Assembly: GCA_032249395.1 (NCBI GenBank)
Contig: JAVVFY010000007.1
Location: 1 to 39,809, forward strand
Direction: 5' to 3'
Origin: Candidatus Aenigmatarchaeota archaeon
GTDB taxonomy: Archaea; Aenigmatarchaeota; Aenigmatarchaeia; CG10238-14; SpSt-28
Length of the DNA: 39,809 nucleotides
This document shows, in pieces, positions 17,530-27,910 of the stretch. Under the pieces are notes generated by a model. The model was given only the letters and a program-made list of their open reading frames with translations. It searched no databases and had not been told where the DNA came from. How positions within the stretch are numbered: position 1 is the first letter of the stretch; every line of letters begins with the position of its first letter. A program made the position numbers and the translations under genes.

Positions 17530-20500
17530 ATGGAGAAAGAAAAGGTAGTAGAAAAATTTTTGTCATTTTTAGAAGATTATTATAAAGAAAAGATTTTAGT
17601 GGCGGTGACGGAAGGAAAGAGCTCAATAGAGATAGATTTTAGGGAAATCGAGAAATATGATGTTGAGGTAGCTGATTATATACTAGAAAATCCAGATGAG
17701 TTTCTAAAAGAAGTAGAAAGTTCCTTAGGAGAGTTAGATGCAACGCTTTTAGAAAAAAGGTTTCATTTGAGATTTTTTAATTTACCTGAAGACAGAAACA
17801 TAAGAATAAGAAATTTGAGAGCCGAACACGTCGGAAAGTTAATAGTTGTTGATGGTATAGTTAAGAGAGCTAGCGAAGTTAGACCCGAGGTTTATGAAAT
17901 AACTTTTCAATGTCCGTCTTGTGGGGAATTAATTAACATTAAACAAGAAGCTAGAGTTTTGAAAGCACCAGAGGTTTGTCCGAATTGTGGAAACAAAAAG
18001 GGTTTCAAGCAGGTTGCTGAGAAGTTTTACGATACGCGATGGATTGTTATAGAAGAACCTTTTGAAATAACAAGTGGAGAGAGACCTTCCGACTTGATAG
18101 TTTATCTAAAAGAAGATTTAGTTACACCAAAAATGCAATATAGAACTGATCCGGGAAATAGGATAAAGGTTACAGGAGTTTTAAGACAACTACCGAGAAG
18201 AGTTAGGGGCAGCATTTCCAAACAAATGGAGATCTATCTAGATGCTATTTATGTTGAAAGTGTAGAAACAGAATGGGAGGAAATTGAAATCACAGAGGAA
18301 GATGAAAAGAAGATAATTGAACTTGCAAAAGATCCCCAAATTTATGATAAGATTGTTGCATCTATAGCGCCAACTATTTACGGATTAGAAGACGTCAAGC
18401 TAGCTATTGCTCTACAGCTTTTCGGTGGAGAGGAACACATTCAAAAAGATAAGTCGAGAGTAAGAGGAGAAATCCATATATTATTAATCGGAGATCCTAG
18501 TTGCATAGTTGGAGACGAAAGAGTTGTTTTGTCAAACGGAGCAATAGTTAAAATTGAGAATTTAGGGTCACATCACTTACAATCAATAAATGTTCCTTTA
18601 TATTTAGCTGAAGGATATAAAATAGGAATAGCAAAGATTTTCCACAAATACGAGTTTCAGCCTATCATAGAAATTATAACAGAAAGCGGGAAAAGTATCA
18701 AAGGAACCTTTAATCAACCTTTATTGGTTAAGGAAAATGTTAAGAGTGAATTTGGTAAACAAAAGCCAAAAGTTTGGAAGAGGTTAGATGAAATTAAAAT
18801 TGGTGATGAGGTTAGAGTTATCAATTGGATACCTTGTAAAATCAAGAAGTACGTAGAGACAGGGTGGGAAGATAAAGAATTTGGCAACGAGAAGATAAAA
18901 GTTCCAAAAGTTTTAGATGAAAAATTGGCGGCGATACTTGGATATTTATTATCTGAGGGATATTTTAGAAAGTATAGAGTTGGTTGTGTTTTCAACTATA
19001 ACGAATTAGATTTGTTACCAAAGTTCAAGCAAATGTTTTTCGAGTCTTTTGGAATAGAACCAAAACAATATTATAAAAAAGAAAAAGGTGTAACTAATGT
19101 TGAAATTGTTTTTGAGTCTCCTCCACTATCAGAAATATTGTCATTTTTAAAAGAAAAAAGAATACCAGATATCATTTTCAGGTCGAAAAATAGTGTAGTT
19201 GCATCTTTCTTATCTTGGCTTTACGATGGTAATGGTTCTGTTATAAGTTATGGAAGAGGTAGAAATGGCATACTCTATAAATCTAAAGAAATAGAATTGC
19301 TTAGAGATATTCAAATTCTTTTGTTGAGATTCGGAATTGATGCAACAATATATGGAAACAATTTGATTATAAGGCAACCCGATTGTATAGAAAGATTTTC
19401 AAAGTACATAGGATTTAATTCTGAAAGAAAGAAAAAGAAGTTACAAGAACTATTGGAAAAAATTAAAAATTACAAGAAGAGAAGACACAGGAAAAGGTGG
19501 GAAAGAGTTGTTAAAATAATATATCATCCGCCAGAAACTGTTTACGACGTTGAAGTTCCAGTATACCATAAATTTGTAGCTAACGGAATAGTTTGCCATA
19601 ATACTGCCAAAAGTCAATTAATGAAAATTGCTTCAACTCTAATACCGAGAGCAAGATATGTTAGTGGAAAAGGAATAACTGGCGTTGGTATAACAGCAAG
19701 TGTAGTAAGAGATGAAGAGCTTTTTGGCGGTTGGGTTTTGGAGGCAGGTGCTTTAGTTCTTTGCAATAAATCTCTTTTGGCTATAGATGAATTTGAGAAA
19801 ATAGATAAGCAAGATATGACAGCATTACATGAAGCTATGGAAATGGGTCAAATTTCAATAGCTAAAGCAAACATTGTTGCAACCTTACCTGCTAAAACTT
19901 CAATATTAGCTGGAGGTAATCCTAAATTTGGTAGGTTTGATCCTTATCTACCTATAAAAGAGCAGATAGAAGTTCCAGAGACAATTTTAAGTAGGTTCGA
20001 TTTGAAATTTGCATTGAGAGATGTCCCTAACCCAGAAGTTGACGAAAAGGTTATATCTCATTTAATACAAGTAAGACATCTAGATGGAAAAGCTGCAGAA
20101 CCTCCAATTCCTGCTGAGCTTTTTAGAAAATATGTAGCATATGCAAGAAAAAATTGTCATCCTAGATTAACTCAAGAAGCGGCTGAAGAAATAAAAAAAT
20201 TCTTTCTAAACTTAAGAAGCAAATATGTCGAAGGTTCTCCAGTTTCCATAACTTTTAGACAGTATGAAGCTTTAATAAGGTTGGCTGAAGCTTCAGCAAA
20301 AATCCAATTAAGAAATGAAGTAACAAAGGAAGATGCACTAAGAGCTATAAAGTTGATGAGCGTTTCTCTAAGACAATTGGGTTTTGAACCAGAGGTAGGA
20401 ACAATAGATATTGATAGACTAGAAGGTGCTAGAGCTACTGCTATGCAAAGGAGTAAAATTAGAACAGTAATATCAATAATTGAAGATATGGAGAAAACTT

Positions 20501-20640
20501 ATGGTAAGGAAATTCCGTTTGATGAAATTTTAAAAAGAGGTAAAGCTAGTGGAATAGAAGATATAGAAGATATTCTTAGAAAAATGCAACAAGAGGGAAT
20601 AATTTACTCGCCGAAACCAGGATTTATAAGTAGAATATAG
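17530..20640 (+). CDS. mcm: MCM replicative helicase (contains one intein)
   Basis: CPSC/CPNC Zn finger, Walker A GDPS|TAKS split by the intein, IDEFEKI, HEAME, arginine finger SRFD. Confidence 0.97.
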   Translation: MEKEKVVEKFLSFLEDYYKEKILVAVTEGKSSIEIDFREIEKYDVEVADYILENPDEFLKEVESSLGELDATLLEKRFHLRFFNLPEDRNIRIRNLRAEHVGKLIVVDGIVKRASEVRPEVYEITFQCPSCGELINIKQEARVLKAPEVCPNCGNKKGFKQVAEKFYDTRWIVIEEPFEITSGERPSDLIVYLKEDLVTPKMQYRTDPGNRIKVTGVLRQLPRRVRGSISKQMEIYLDAIYVESVETEWEEIEITEEDEKKIIELAKDPQIYDKIVASIAPTIYGLEDVKLAIALQLFGGEEHIQKDKSRVRGEIHILLIGDPSCIVGDERVVLSNGAIVKIENLGSHHLQSINVPLYLAEGYKIGIAKIFHKYEFQPIIEIITESGKSIKGTFNQPLLVKENVKSEFGKQKPKVWKRLDEIKIGDEVRVINWIPCKIKKYVETGWEDKEFGNEKIKVPKVLDEKLAAILGYLLSEGYFRKYRVGCVFNYNELDLLPKFKQMFFESFGIEPKQYYKKEKGVTNVEIVFESPPLSEILSFLKEKRIPDIIFRSKNSVVASFLSWLYDGNGSVISYGRGRNGILYKSKEIELLRDIQILLLRFGIDATIYGNNLIIRQPDCIERFSKYIGFNSERKKKKLQELLEKIKNYKKRRHRKRWERVVKIIYHPPETVYDVEVPVYHKFVANGIVCHNTAKSQLMKIASTLIPRARYVSGKGITGVGITASVVRDEELFGGWVLEAGALVLCNKSLLAIDEFEKIDKQDMTALHEAMEMGQISIAKANIVATLPAKTSILAGGNPKFGRFDPYLPIKEQIEVPETILSRFDLKFALRDVPNPEVDEKVISHLIQVRHLDGKAAEPPIPAELFRKYVAYARKNCHPRLTQEAAEEIKKFFLNLRSKYVEGSPVSITFRQYEALIRLAEASAKIQLRNEVTKEDALRAIKLMSVSLRQLGFEPEVGTIDIDRLEGARATAMQRSKIRTVISIIEDMEKTYGKEIPFDEILKRGKASGIEDIEDILRKMQQEGIIYSPKPGFISRI
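18502..19602 (+). mobile_element. Intein (367 aa) with LAGLIDADG homing-endonuclease domain in the MCM Walker A motif
   Basis: Starts CIVGD, ends FVANGIVCHN followed by Thr; internal LGYLLSEG and FLSWLYDGNG motifs. Confidence 0.95.
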
Positions 20641-20699
20641 ATTAACGTAAAATAAAAATCTTTAAACGCTTGTTCTACAATATCTTTTTAGTGAGAAGT

Positions 20700-21863
20700 A
20701 TGAAGTGGTTGTTGCTTGCTTTAATAATAACAACATTAGTCTTACCAGTAATAGCAATAGCACAAATGCAACAAGGGGAAGTTAGTGTTACTCAAAGAAC
20801 AGTTGTAACACCACCTAGTATTCCACCTTCTGAGGAAAATGAGACCGATGAAGCAATAATGTTAAGAGAAAGAGAAAAAGTAGCATGGATGGAAATGAAG
20901 AATCTAAGAAATTGTAAAGTAGATTCAGATTGTGTGACAATAATTTGTCCAATGGTAATTGGAAGGGACACACCAATGTGTGTTGGTGGAGTATGCATTT
21001 GTGGTCCAGGTAGAAATCCAAAATATACAATAAACGAGACAAAAATAGCAATTTGCAGCGAAATCAGAGAAAGAATAAGAAATATGACTGAAATGATAAA
21101 AGAAGAAAAAAATGAAACAATGATGCAAGAAATGTTGAGAGAATTAGTAAGATTGAGAGAAGAGCATAAAGATTGTTTTCCTAGACCAGTAAATCCGGTA
21201 CCTATAATTGCAATAGAATCAAAGATAAAGAAAGCTCAGGCTTTAGACGAATTTCTTGATGAAATGAAAAACCTTAGAGAAGAAATGCTTAACAATATAA
21301 CATCTCAAAACTTAACAGGAAGGGAACTTGCACAAGTGGTTAAAGAATACAACGAAAAAAGAAAGGAACTTGTTAAAGAATTTGTTCAGAGAATTCATGA
21401 AATAAACATGGAAAGAATGGAAGAAATTAAAGAAGTTGTTGTTGCAAGACATGTAAAGTGGGAAAACGAGACATTGTTCAATGTAACAAGAATTGTAGTA
21501 ACAGTAAATGGCAAAAACATTACAATAGAACCTGGAGATAATGTAACAATAAGCGTAGGGGGCGTTGTTGTTAAGTCAATAATTCCACTTAAAGTTAAAA
21601 ACAATACAATAGAAGATGCAGATACGAATCAAACAATTAGAGAAACTCCAGATAGAATAAAAGCTAAGATAAGAGAACAAATAAGAGAAATGAAATTAGA
21701 AAGAAAAGGAAACAAGCCTGTTTATGTGGTATCTGCAGCGAAACAAGGAAGATTATTAGGAGTTATTCCAATAAATGTTAGCGTAAACTATGAAATATCA
21801 GCAACTGATGGTAGTACAATAGCAATAAACAGGCCTTGGTGGAGCTTTCTTGTTTTTGGTTAA
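20700..21863 (+). CDS. Secreted/surface hypothetical protein (Cys-rich module, coiled coil, C-terminal PWWSFL)
   Basis: Signal peptide MKWLLLALII...; CKVDSDC...CVGGVCIC; many N-x-T sequons. Start trimmed to ATG 20700. Confidence 0.75.
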   Translation: MKWLLLALIITTLVLPVIAIAQMQQGEVSVTQRTVVTPPSIPPSEENETDEAIMLREREKVAWMEMKNLRNCKVDSDCVTIICPMVIGRDTPMCVGGVCICGPGRNPKYTINETKIAICSEIRERIRNMTEMIKEEKNETMMQEMLRELVRLREEHKDCFPRPVNPVPIIAIESKIKKAQALDEFLDEMKNLREEMLNNITSQNLTGRELAQVVKEYNEKRKELVKEFVQRIHEINMERMEEIKEVVVARHVKWENETLFNVTRIVVTVNGKNITIEPGDNVTISVGGVVVKSIIPLKVKNNTIEDADTNQTIRETPDRIKAKIREQIREMKLERKGNKPVYVVSAAKQGRLLGVIPINVSVNYEISATDGSTIAINRPWWSFLVFG

Positions 21864-21899
21864 TTCTATATTTTTTATTTTTTGAAAAAAGAATAGTTT

Positions 21900-23216
21900 A
21901 TGGATGTTTATGAGATCTTGAAAAACAATGGGATTTGTGTTGGAGATAAAATAAGAGTAGATTCAATAGAAGGCATTTTGATGCCAAGAACGGAGTTTGT
22001 AGAAAGTGATATTATTGTTCTCAAAATGAATAATGGTTATAATATAGGAATAAAATTTAGAGGCGATTTGAAAATTGAATTGATAGAGAAAAAGAAAGAG
22101 CAAAAATTAGAGAATCTAAAGCATAAAGAATTCGATCCAAACAAACCTACTGTTTCAATTTTAGCATGTGGCGGAACAATAGCAAGCAGAGTAGAATATA
22201 AAACTGGAGCCGTTTTCCCCTCATTTTCCCCAGAGGAATTAATAGAAGCTTTCCCAGAAATAGGAGAAATAGCAAACATAAAATCAAGAAAACTTTTTGA
22301 TTTGTTTAGCGAAGATATGCAACCTGAACACTGGAAAATTATCGCTCAAGAAGTTGCTAAAGAAATTGAAAGTGGAGTTGATGGTGTTGTTTTAATGCAT
22401 GGAACCGATACAATGCATTATACAAGTGCCGCTTTAAGTTTTATGTTACAAGATTTGCCAGTGCCAGTAGTCTTAGTAGGTGCCCAAAGGAGCAGTGATA
22501 GAGGAAGTAGTGACAATAGAGTAAATTTAGTTTCTGCCGTCTTGTTCGCTGCTAAAGGAGAAATAGCAGAAGTTGTTGTTTGCATGCATGAAAGTTCAAA
22601 TGATGATTATTGCACTATTCATAGAGGTACTAAAGTTAGAAAAATGCACACTAGTAGAAGAGACGCATTCAAATCAATAAACATTTCTCCTCTAGCAAGA
22701 GTCAATTACTTCGAAAAAAGAATAGAGTATATTTCAACAAACTTCAAGAAAAGAGACAAAAGTAGAAAGTTAAAGCTAGATACTAATATTAATCCAAATG
22801 TTGGAGTTTTCTATTTTCATCCTGGTTCAAAGCCAGAATTTTTGAAAGAAATGAGCAAATTTTATGAAGGTATAGTTATAGCTGCAACTGGTTTGGGTCA
22901 TATTGGAATAAATCCTGGAAATGACAAATTAGCAAAGAATTTTCTACCTGTAATAAAAGAGTTAATAGAAAAAGGAATTCCAATTGTTTTCGCCCCTCAA
23001 ACAATCTATGGAAGATTAAACATGAATGTTTATTCTACAGGAAGAATTTTAGAAAAAGCTGGAGTTATAGGAAGTCTTTGCGATTGGACGATTGAAACAG
23101 CTTTAGTAAAATTAATGTTCGTTTTGGGACATACAAAAGATATGGGTGAAATAAAGAAAATGATGCTGACTAATATAGCTGGAGAAATAAGTGAGAGGAT
23201 TGAGTATGAATTATAA
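21900..23216 (+). CDS. gatD: Glu-tRNA(Gln) amidotransferase subunit D
   Basis: NGYNIGI, GGTIASRV, HGTDT, GAQRSSDRGSSD, KMHTSRRDAF. Confidence 0.96.
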   Translation: MDVYEILKNNGICVGDKIRVDSIEGILMPRTEFVESDIIVLKMNNGYNIGIKFRGDLKIELIEKKKEQKLENLKHKEFDPNKPTVSILACGGTIASRVEYKTGAVFPSFSPEELIEAFPEIGEIANIKSRKLFDLFSEDMQPEHWKIIAQEVAKEIESGVDGVVLMHGTDTMHYTSAALSFMLQDLPVPVVLVGAQRSSDRGSSDNRVNLVSAVLFAAKGEIAEVVVCMHESSNDDYCTIHRGTKVRKMHTSRRDAFKSINISPLARVNYFEKRIEYISTNFKKRDKSRKLKLDTNINPNVGVFYFHPGSKPEFLKEMSKFYEGIVIAATGLGHIGINPGNDKLAKNFLPVIKELIEKGIPIVFAPQTIYGRLNMNVYSTGRILEKAGVIGSLCDWTIETALVKLMFVLGHTKDMGEIKKMMLTNIAGEISERIEYEL

Positions 23217-24639
23217 AGAGTTAGGATTGAAAGTTGGCTTAGAAATTCATTTTCAGTTGGATGTAGATAAAAAACTTTTTTGCAATTGTTCTTCTTTAAT
23301 GAAAGAAAAAGAACCAATAGCAATTGTTAAAAGGAAATTGCATCCAGTTTCTAGCGAATTGGGGGAAGTAGATGTTGCAGCTCAATTTGAGTATTTGAGA
23401 AACAGAACATTCTTTTATGAAGTTTTTAAGAATGAAAGTTGTCTTGTAGAGTTAGACGAGGAACCACCTCATAACCCAAATGAAGAAGCTTTAAAAGTTG
23501 CATTACAAATTGCAAGGCTATTTAATTGTAGAATACCAGAGCAAATTTTCGTAATGAGAAAAACTGTTATTGACGGTAGCAACACTTCTGGCTTCCAAAG
23601 AACGATGATAGTTGGTTTCGACGGTTATTTCGAATTTAAAGGAAGAAGAATAAATATAACACAAGTATGTCTAGAAGAAGATGCAGCAGCTATAGATAGA
23701 GAGGAAAATGGAAGCGTCTATTATAAACTAAACAGGCTTGGAGTTCCTTTAGTAGAGATAGATACAGACGTTATAGAGGGTTTTACTCCAAAGGAAATAG
23801 AGGAAGTAGCATATCAAATATTTTTAATTGCATCTTCAACAGGAAAAATCAGGAAACAGTTGGGTTCGATTAGGCAAGATGTAAATATTTCTATAATAGG
23901 AGGAGAGAGAGTTGAGATAAAAGGAGTGCAAAGATTGGGGTTGATTTCAAAAGTTATAGAAAAGGAAATAGAAAGACAACTAGAAATAATAAGAAAAGGA
24001 GAAAAAGTTAAGAAAGAAACGAGAGTAGCAAAGGAAGACGGCTCTACAGAATTTATGCGTCCTTTACCAGGAGCAGAGAGGATGTATCCAGAAACAGATA
24101 TTAAGCCTATAAAATCTGCAGAGATTTTGAAAAGTTTAGAAATACCAGAGTCGTTACCAAAGAGAATAGAAAGATATGAAAATGAGTACAAGATTTCTAA
24201 AAGTTTGATAGACAGTTTATTGAAGACTGAATACTTTATTCTTTTCGAGAAGCTAGTTAGACTATTTCCAAACGTTCAACCAACAGTTATAGCAACAATT
24301 CTATCCTCCACTTTAAAAGAGATTGAGAGAGCAGAAAAAACGGAAATAAGGTTGAGCGAGGAACGAATAATAGAGTTTTTCGATGCGCTAAATAGAAAAA
24401 TTATCTTCAAGGAAGCCGCTCCTGCTATATTGAAAGAAATGAATAAAGGCAAAAAGATAGATGATATTATAAAAGAATTAAACTTATTTCCATTAACAAA
24501 GGACGAAATAAAGGAAATTATCGAAAAATGTAAGAGAGAGGTGAAGGATAAAAATAAGTTGGTTGGTATGGTGCTTTCTAGAGTTAGAGGAAGAGCTGAT
24601 ATAAATGAAGTAATCAAGATGATTGAAGAATCAGGATAG
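23206..24639 (+). CDS. gatE: Glu-tRNA(Gln) amidotransferase subunit E (short form)
   Basis: GLEIHFQL, DGSNTSGFQRT, LEEDAA, RQDVNIS, RPLPGAERMYPETD; follows gatD. Confidence 0.94.
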   Translation: MNYKELGLKVGLEIHFQLDVDKKLFCNCSSLMKEKEPIAIVKRKLHPVSSELGEVDVAAQFEYLRNRTFFYEVFKNESCLVELDEEPPHNPNEEALKVALQIARLFNCRIPEQIFVMRKTVIDGSNTSGFQRTMIVGFDGYFEFKGRRINITQVCLEEDAAAIDREENGSVYYKLNRLGVPLVEIDTDVIEGFTPKEIEEVAYQIFLIASSTGKIRKQLGSIRQDVNISIIGGERVEIKGVQRLGLISKVIEKEIERQLEIIRKGEKVKKETRVAKEDGSTEFMRPLPGAERMYPETDIKPIKSAEILKSLEIPESLPKRIERYENEYKISKSLIDSLLKTEYFILFEKLVRLFPNVQPTVIATILSSTLKEIERAEKTEIRLSEERIIEFFDALNRKIIFKEAAPAILKEMNKGKKIDDIIKELNLFPLTKDEIKEIIEKCKREVKDKNKLVGMVLSRVRGRADINEVIKMIEESG

Positions 24640-25080
24640 AAGTTCAACCACATCCGCCGAGTTTTTTAAGCTTGAAGAGAAACCTGGCTCTGCTCCAAAA
24701 ACTATAACTTTTTTCCCATATTCTTTTGCTTTCTGAATCAATGGAAGAAAATCCGCATCTCTTGTTGCTATAGCAATTATATCAATATCCTTTGTCAATA
24801 TAGCCTCCATAGCTTCTACTGCTAATGACACATCAACGTCGCTATGTTCTTCATTTTTAGTACCAAGCACTATTTTCGGTTCGAAACCTTCGTTTATTAT
24901 TGCTTCTATCAACTTCTCGGGAGCGAACTGATTCACAAAAACTTTGGCTATTACAATCCTACCATATTTTGATGTTCTTTTTTTTAATTCTCTCAAGTCT
25001 ATAGAAAATTCTTTTCTAAGCATGTTTGGACCATCTACAAATAAAGCAATATTTTGTGGTTCATATTTTGTTCTTAGCAT
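24631..25080 (-). CDS. NYN-domain (LabA/DUF88, PIN-like) protein
   Basis: FVDGPNMLRKEF, DVDV, TRDADF; SD GGTG 5 nt before ATG 25080. Confidence 0.9.
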   Translation of the reverse strand: MLRTKYEPQNIALFVDGPNMLRKEFSIDLRELKKRTSKYGRIVIAKVFVNQFAPEKLIEAIINEGFEPKIVLGTKNEEHSDVDVSLAVEAMEAILTKDIDIIAIATRDADFLPLIQKAKEYGKKVIVFGAEPGFSSSLKNSADVVELLS

Positions 25081-25699
25081 TTTCACACCAGTAGAATATT
25101 CTGGCATTTCCTTCAATTAAAGTATAGTTATATATTCTAATTTCGCCCTCAAAATCTAAAACTTCTATATCTGTACACGGTGGAAAGTTAATCGTTGTTG
25201 AAATTTGCGCATTTGTAATCTTTTCTAATTTTCCTTTCAAGTTTTTAATTTTAAGATTTGGAGAGAAGACACTAACTGATAAGGAATCGACATTCATTCC
25301 CATCGATATTTTCTCGTTAGATATATACTCTACATTATCTATTTTTATTATAGGAGATGAAGCCTCCAAATATATGTTTCTTCCGTTGATTTTTATGTTT
25401 CCGTTTGGAGAGTATAGTTCAATCTTACAAGGCATTGAGGTCTTCTGGATAGAGACTTTGCCTATTGTTATAGGAGTTAAACAAGTCCCGTTTGCATAAA
25501 AAGTTTTGTTTAACAATATAAATGATCCTTCATATATAAAGTCTAAGTGCAATCTGAAATCCGAAGGTTTGTTGGAAGATAAAACTTTATAAAAAAATCC
25601 AGTTATTGAAGGAAATTTAAAGGATGGATAAAATCTAAAGTAAACAAGGCCTAGTAATAAAGTTAGTATAAAAAAGAAAAGTAGCAGTTTCCATCTCAT
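25061..25699 (-). CDS. Hypothetical membrane-anchored protein
   Basis: N-terminal hydrophobic helix followed by ITGFF, then beta-rich region. Confidence 0.7.
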   Translation of the reverse strand: MRWKLLLFFFILTLLLGLVYFRFYPSFKFPSITGFFYKVLSSNKPSDFRLHLDFIYEGSFILLNKTFYANGTCLTPITIGKVSIQKTSMPCKIELYSPNGNIKINGRNIYLEASSPIIKIDNVEYISNEKISMGMNVDSLSVSVFSPNLKIKNLKGKLEKITNAQISTTINFPPCTDIEVLDFEGEIRIYNYTLIEGNARIFYWCENAKNKI

Positions 25700-25768
25700 A
25701 AACTATATTAACCAATTAAATATTTATATTTACTTTCAATGAATAATCTATTGAGAGGTGCTTATTTT

Positions 25769-26938
25769 ATGAATCAACTTCAAGCCGATATTTTTGGAAT
25801 ATTCTGGATATTTCTATTTTTCTTTATGTTGTTTTTCTATCCTAGGCTCCTTCTTTATCAGCTTTTGGATAGATTTTACAAAACATCTCAGCTTTTGGAT
25901 ACTTTGAATCAAATGGGTAGAAAGAAAATCTTGTCTAAAATAAATGGAAGAGAAGAAGAGGAAAACGAAATTAAAAGATTTTTAAATTTCTTTCTAATTC
26001 CTCCGGTTTCTTTGGACCCATTTGGAATAATAAAAAAGCTTGAGCATCTAATCAATCAAGAAGAAGAAAGGTTTAGGAATTTTGCTTCTAAAGTAGCAAA
26101 AAATCTTAATGAAGAAGAAAAATGGAATTTTATTTCTGCTCTTTCTGCTCAAATCGCATTGCACAATTTTTCTAAAATAGTTAAACATTATATACAACTT
26201 ATAGAAAAGACAAAAAGTTATCAACTAGGTTTTATAATTCAAATGCAACTTCCTTTTATAGAGAAATATTCGAAAGCTATTTATAAGGCTGTTGAAGCAT
26301 TTGTTAGTAATCACCCTATTGGCGACTCTGTGGGACCACTTTTAGCTGCTAGCATGATGAAAAATGTTGCAAAGGAGATTGATAATTCAGTATATTCTAT
26401 AGAAAAATTGAAAGGAAAAAAAGTTATTGTGGTGAAAGCTAAAGGTCCAGGTGCTAGGGTAGGCAGACTAGGTAGAGTTGTAGAAATTTTAGCAAAGAAA
26501 TTTAAAGTTGAAAAAATTATAACTGTCGATGCTGCCTTAAAGTTAGAAAGCGAAAAGACAGGAGAAATAGCCGAAGGAATAGGAGTTGCTATTGGTGGTA
26601 TAGGAGTAGAGAAAGCGATAATAGAAGAGGTCGCAACGAAAAATAAAATAAAATTAGATAGCTACGTTATAAAAATGTCTGCAGAGGAAGCTTTGTATAG
26701 CATGAAGGAAGAAATATTGAATGCGGCATTTGAAGTAAAGAAAATGATAGAAAAAAATATAGAAGAGAGTAAAGAGAAAGTTATAATGGTAGTTGGCGTT
26801 GGCAATACTTGTGGTATACCAAATAATAACAATCTTGATGAGGTAATAAAAGTTATAAAGAGGGGCTCGAGAGAGATAAAAAAGTGGGAAGAGGAGGAGA
26901 GAAAAAGAGAAAAATCCTTATGGAATTTTGGGATATGA
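25769..26938 (+). CDS. DUF1512-like archaeal membrane protein
   Basis: PVSLDPFGI, PIGDSVGP, TVDAALKLE, GVGNT; SD GAGGTG before ATG 25769 (ORF track start 25739). Confidence 0.8.
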   Translation: MNQLQADIFGIFWIFLFFFMLFFYPRLLLYQLLDRFYKTSQLLDTLNQMGRKKILSKINGREEEENEIKRFLNFFLIPPVSLDPFGIIKKLEHLINQEEERFRNFASKVAKNLNEEEKWNFISALSAQIALHNFSKIVKHYIQLIEKTKSYQLGFIIQMQLPFIEKYSKAIYKAVEAFVSNHPIGDSVGPLLAASMMKNVAKEIDNSVYSIEKLKGKKVIVVKAKGPGARVGRLGRVVEILAKKFKVEKIITVDAALKLESEKTGEIAEGIGVAIGGIGVEKAIIEEVATKNKIKLDSYVIKMSAEEALYSMKEEILNAAFEVKKMIEKNIEESKEKVIMVVGVGNTCGIPNNNNLDEVIKVIKRGSREIKKWEEEERKREKSLWNFGI

Positions 26939-26982
26939 ATTAAATTTAAATTCAATTATTAAGTATTTAATAGGAGAAAATT

Positions 26983-27768
26983 ATGGCTACAAAAATAATA
27001 GTTTTTGAAAGACCAAAACTAAAGAATCCTATATTTATAGAGGGACTTCCTGGAGTTGGTAATGTAGGTAGAGTCGCTGCAGGTTATCTAATAGAAGAAC
27101 TTAGAGCAAAAAAGTTTGCGGAGCTTATATCTTCCCATTTCATGCCTATAGCTGTGATACCTCAACGTTCGCAGGTAGAGATGATTAAGGCCGAATTTTT
27201 CTATTGGAAGTCGAAGGATGGTAATAAAAGCGATTTGATAATAATGATTGGAGATAGTCAAAGTACGACGCCTGAAGGTCACTATGAAATAGTTGAGGAG
27301 GTATTAAAATTTTTGAAAGAATTAAAAGTTAAAGAGATCTTCACTTTAGGAGGATTGAATATTGGTGTACCAACAGAAAGGCCGAAGGTTGTTGGTGCTG
27401 TGAATGATATTTCACTAGAAAAAAAATACAGAAAATATAACATAGTTTTTGATACTAGTCAAAGAGTAGGTAGTATAGTTGGGGCAGCAGGTCTTTTTGT
27501 CGCACTGGCAAAATATTACAATATCCCTGCTACATGTTTGCTCGGGGAAACTTCAGGAATGCCTTTCTTACCTGATCCAAAAAGTGCAGAAGCAGTTATA
27601 AAGGTTCTTTCAGATATATTAGATCTAAAAATAGATACTAGCAGGCTACAGCAAAGAATAAAGGAAATGAAAGAATTTATGAAAAGAATAGAAGCCATGC
27701 AAGCTCAATTATTGCAACCCTCATCTACTACAACAGTCGAAAAAGAAAAACTTACTTATATAGGTTAA
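26983..27768 (+). CDS. PAC2-family proteasome assembly chaperone
   Basis: EGLPGVGNVG, FTLGG, CLLGET, PDPKSA, C-terminal YIG. Confidence 0.9.
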   Translation: MATKIIVFERPKLKNPIFIEGLPGVGNVGRVAAGYLIEELRAKKFAELISSHFMPIAVIPQRSQVEMIKAEFFYWKSKDGNKSDLIIMIGDSQSTTPEGHYEIVEEVLKFLKELKVKEIFTLGGLNIGVPTERPKVVGAVNDISLEKKYRKYNIVFDTSQRVGSIVGAAGLFVALAKYYNIPATCLLGETSGMPFLPDPKSAEAVIKVLSDILDLKIDTSRLQQRIKEMKEFMKRIEAMQAQLLQPSSTTTVEKEKLTYIG

Positions 27769-27910
27769 TTTTTCGCATTTCTTCCAATTCCTTTTTAAAT
27801 CTTTCAATAACTCTTGGTAGATCTTTGTCTTCTACTTTAAAGACTTTGGCCGCTTCTTTTAAAATTTTATACTTTTTCTTCAATTTCTCAAATTCCTCTT
27901 TTTCATTCAT
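27752..27910 (-). CDS. Small helical protein resembling the AlaRS C-terminal coiled coil
   Basis: 52 aa; ATGA overlap with the alaS stop; ILKEAAKVFKVEDKDLPRVIERFKKE resembles the archaeal AlaRS post-editing helices. Confidence 0.65.
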   Translation of the reverse strand: MNEKEEFEKLKKKYKILKEAAKVFKVEDKDLPRVIERFKKELEEMRKINLYK

